Shown here: piece after piece, positions 29,812-32,000 of the stretch
Numbering within the stretch: the stretch's first letter is position 1
Layout of the letters: every line of letters starts with the position of its first letter
From: Candidatus Saccharimonadota bacterium
GTDB lineage: Bacteria > Pseudomonadota > Gammaproteobacteria > Enterobacterales > Enterobacteriaceae
Length of the DNA: 32,000 nucleotides
Reading direction: 5' to 3'
Assembly (NCBI GenBank): GCA_041942055.1
Contig: CP145874.1
Location: 210,001 to 242,000, forward strand
Program-made: the position numbers and the translations under genes
Notes under the pieces: generated by a model
Database searches by the model: none
What the model saw: only the letters and a program-made list of their open reading frames with translations
What the model was told of the DNA's origin: nothing

Positions 29812-30204
29812 ATGGTAGAATATCAATGGTATGGCACTGGCCGTCGTAAATCTTCTTCAGCACGAGTTTTTATAAAAAGCGGAAATGGTGAAATTATTAT
29901 TAATAAACGTTCTTTAGATCAATATTTTGCTCGTGAAACGGCTCGTATGATTATACTTCAACCTATAGAATTAGTTGATATGGTAAGTAAATTGAATATT
30001 TTTATAACTGTAAAAGGAGGAGGAATTTCAGGTCAAGCAGGAGCCATTCGTCATGGTATAACTCGTGCTTTAATAGCATATGATGAATCTCTTCGTCCTT
30101 CTTTACGTCAAGCAGGTTTTGTCACACGTGATTCTCGTAAGGTTGAAAGAAAAAAATTTGGATTTCGTAAAGCACGCCGTAGTCCACAATTTTCAAAACG
30201 TTAA
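29812..30204 (+). CDS. rpsI: 30S ribosomal protein S9
   Basis: 130 aa. [16 protein letters not shown]..., C-terminal RKARR.PQFSKR. Confidence 0.97.
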   Translation: MVEYQWYGTGRRKSSSARVFIKSGNGEIIINKRSLDQYFARETARMIILQPIELVDMVSKLNIFITVKGGGISGQAGAIRHGITRALIAYDESLRPSLRQAGFVTRDSRKVERKKFGFRKARRSPQFSKR

Positions 30205-30275
30205 TGGATTTTTATCCGATCCAGACAATTAACATAAAAACTTTTTTTCTATTATATTAATGAAAGAAAAAATCT

Positions 30276-30527
30276 ATGGAAGCAACTGAGATAAAAAATA
30301 TATTATTAAAAACAACAGGTTTGAAAAAATTATATATTGAAGGTAATAAAAACCATTTTAGAATTATCGCTATTAGCGATATATTTAAAAATATGAATAG
30401 AGTAGAAAAACAACAATTTATCTATCATCCCTTAATGAAATATATAGCGAATAATGAGATTCATGCTATTTCTATTGAAACGTATACTCCACAAGAATGG
30501 TCTCAACAAGTAAATAAAGTTTTTTAA
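30276..30527 (+). CDS. ibaG: BolA-family acid-stress/Fe-S protein IbaG (YrbA)
   Basis: 83 aa. ME..EI...L......L.....G.HF..IA....F..M.RV.KQQ..Y.PLM.YIA.N.IHA.SI..YTP.EW matches E. coli IbaG. Confidence 0.88.
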   Translation: MEATEIKNILLKTTGLKKLYIEGNKNHFRIIAISDIFKNMNRVEKQQFIYHPLMKYIANNEIHAISIETYTPQEWSQQVNKVF

Positions 30528-30706
30528 ATTCCATTTATTATGAATTTATATAAATGGTCCTTGTCAGTTAAATGGAGAAGTAAAAATATCTAATTAAAAT
30601 GCTATTTATTGTGAATATGAAAAGATAGAAGAGAAATAATATTAGGTGCTAAAATTCAAAGAACAGATCAATAAAAAATTGATATAATCAATGAGGTAGT
30701 AGTTTT

Positions 30707-31024
30707 ATGTACGCTATTTTCCAAAGTGGTGGAAAACAACATCGAGTAAAACCAGGACAAATGGTTTGTTTAGAAAAATTAAAAACCATACCCCAGAATC
30801 AAAATAAAATTGAATTTGATCAAGTACTTATGTTAGTTAATGATAATGAGGTGAGAATTGGTACTCCTACATTAAAAGGAGTTGTAGTTAGAGCTGAAGT
30901 AATTTTTCATGATCGTGCAAAAAAAATTAAAATAGTTAAATTTAAACGCCGTAAACACTATGAGAAGCAACAAGGACATCGTCAATGGTATACTAAAGTT
31001 AAAATTACTGAGATAATTTATTAA
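30707..31024 (+). CDS. rplU: 50S ribosomal protein L21
   Basis: 105 aa. [14 protein letters not shown]..., [23 protein letters not shown]. Confidence 0.97.
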   Translation: MYAIFQSGGKQHRVKPGQMVCLEKLKTIPQNQNKIEFDQVLMLVNDNEVRIGTPTLKGVVVRAEVIFHDRAKKIKIVKFKRRKHYEKQQGHRQWYTKVKITEIIY

Positions 31025-31044
31025 AAATAAAGAAAAGGATAAAT

Positions 31045-32000
<956 letters not shown>

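Noticed and set aside
30680-30688. Perfect extended -10 element TGATATAAT upstream of rplU.
   Set aside because: It ends only 18 nt before the rplU ATG. A start 6-8 nt downstream would remove or truncate the GAGG Shine-Dalgarno (30693-30696), and there is no good -35. TATAAT-like hexamers are abundant in this AT-rich DNA (another is at 17838-17843). It remains possible but is not supportable as a call.

Overview
This is an AT-rich, very gene-dense window that looks like the reduced genome of an obligate insect endosymbiont of the Enterobacterales (Blochmannia/Buchnera/Wigglesworthia-like). I cannot name the species from sequence alone. I call 31 protein-coding genes, and 30 are clear orthologues of E. 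coli housekeeping genes. On the minus strand: rpiA, mscS, fbaA, pgk, tktA, ruvX(yqgF), gshB, metK. After a divergent junction, mostly on the plus strand: dnaK, dnaJ, (rpsT -), ileS, lspA, ispH, carA, carB, (yggX -), prlC, tusA, one small conserved hypothetical, (rsmD -), ftsY, rpoH, mdh, rplM, rpsI, ibaG, rplU, rpmA, obgE. Two genes run off the window edges. The ygfZ 3' end at 1..404 appears in the ORF track only from an internal Met (33..404). obgE from 31317 is missed by the ORF track because it has no stop in the window. I found no rRNA, tRNA, CRISPR array, IS/transposase, phage, toxin-antitoxin or defence-type genes, and no long repeats. My conclusion is that this is an ordinary core-metabolism and translation region. 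I do not see a novel multi-gene system. The observations I think are worth a second look are these: (1) an in-frame erosion of the CarB allosteric domain; (2) a sigma-32-type promoter motif directly upstream of rpoH itself, alongside a well conserved dnaK P1 heat-shock promoter; (3) a DUF1820-like protein of unknown function retained where E. coli has zntA/yhhLMN; (4) a gene-strand polarity switch with a change in intergenic GC skew at the metK|dnaK junction, which could be an origin or an inversion breakpoint; (5) slippage-prone homopolymers (A9-A10, G8) inside intact essential genes; (6) gene-loss scars relative to the conserved enterobacterial order (ftsEX, murA/ispB, ribF, fkpB, dapB, epd, yqgE, yhbE). 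All functional calls rest on my recognition of the translated sequences. No database search was possible.
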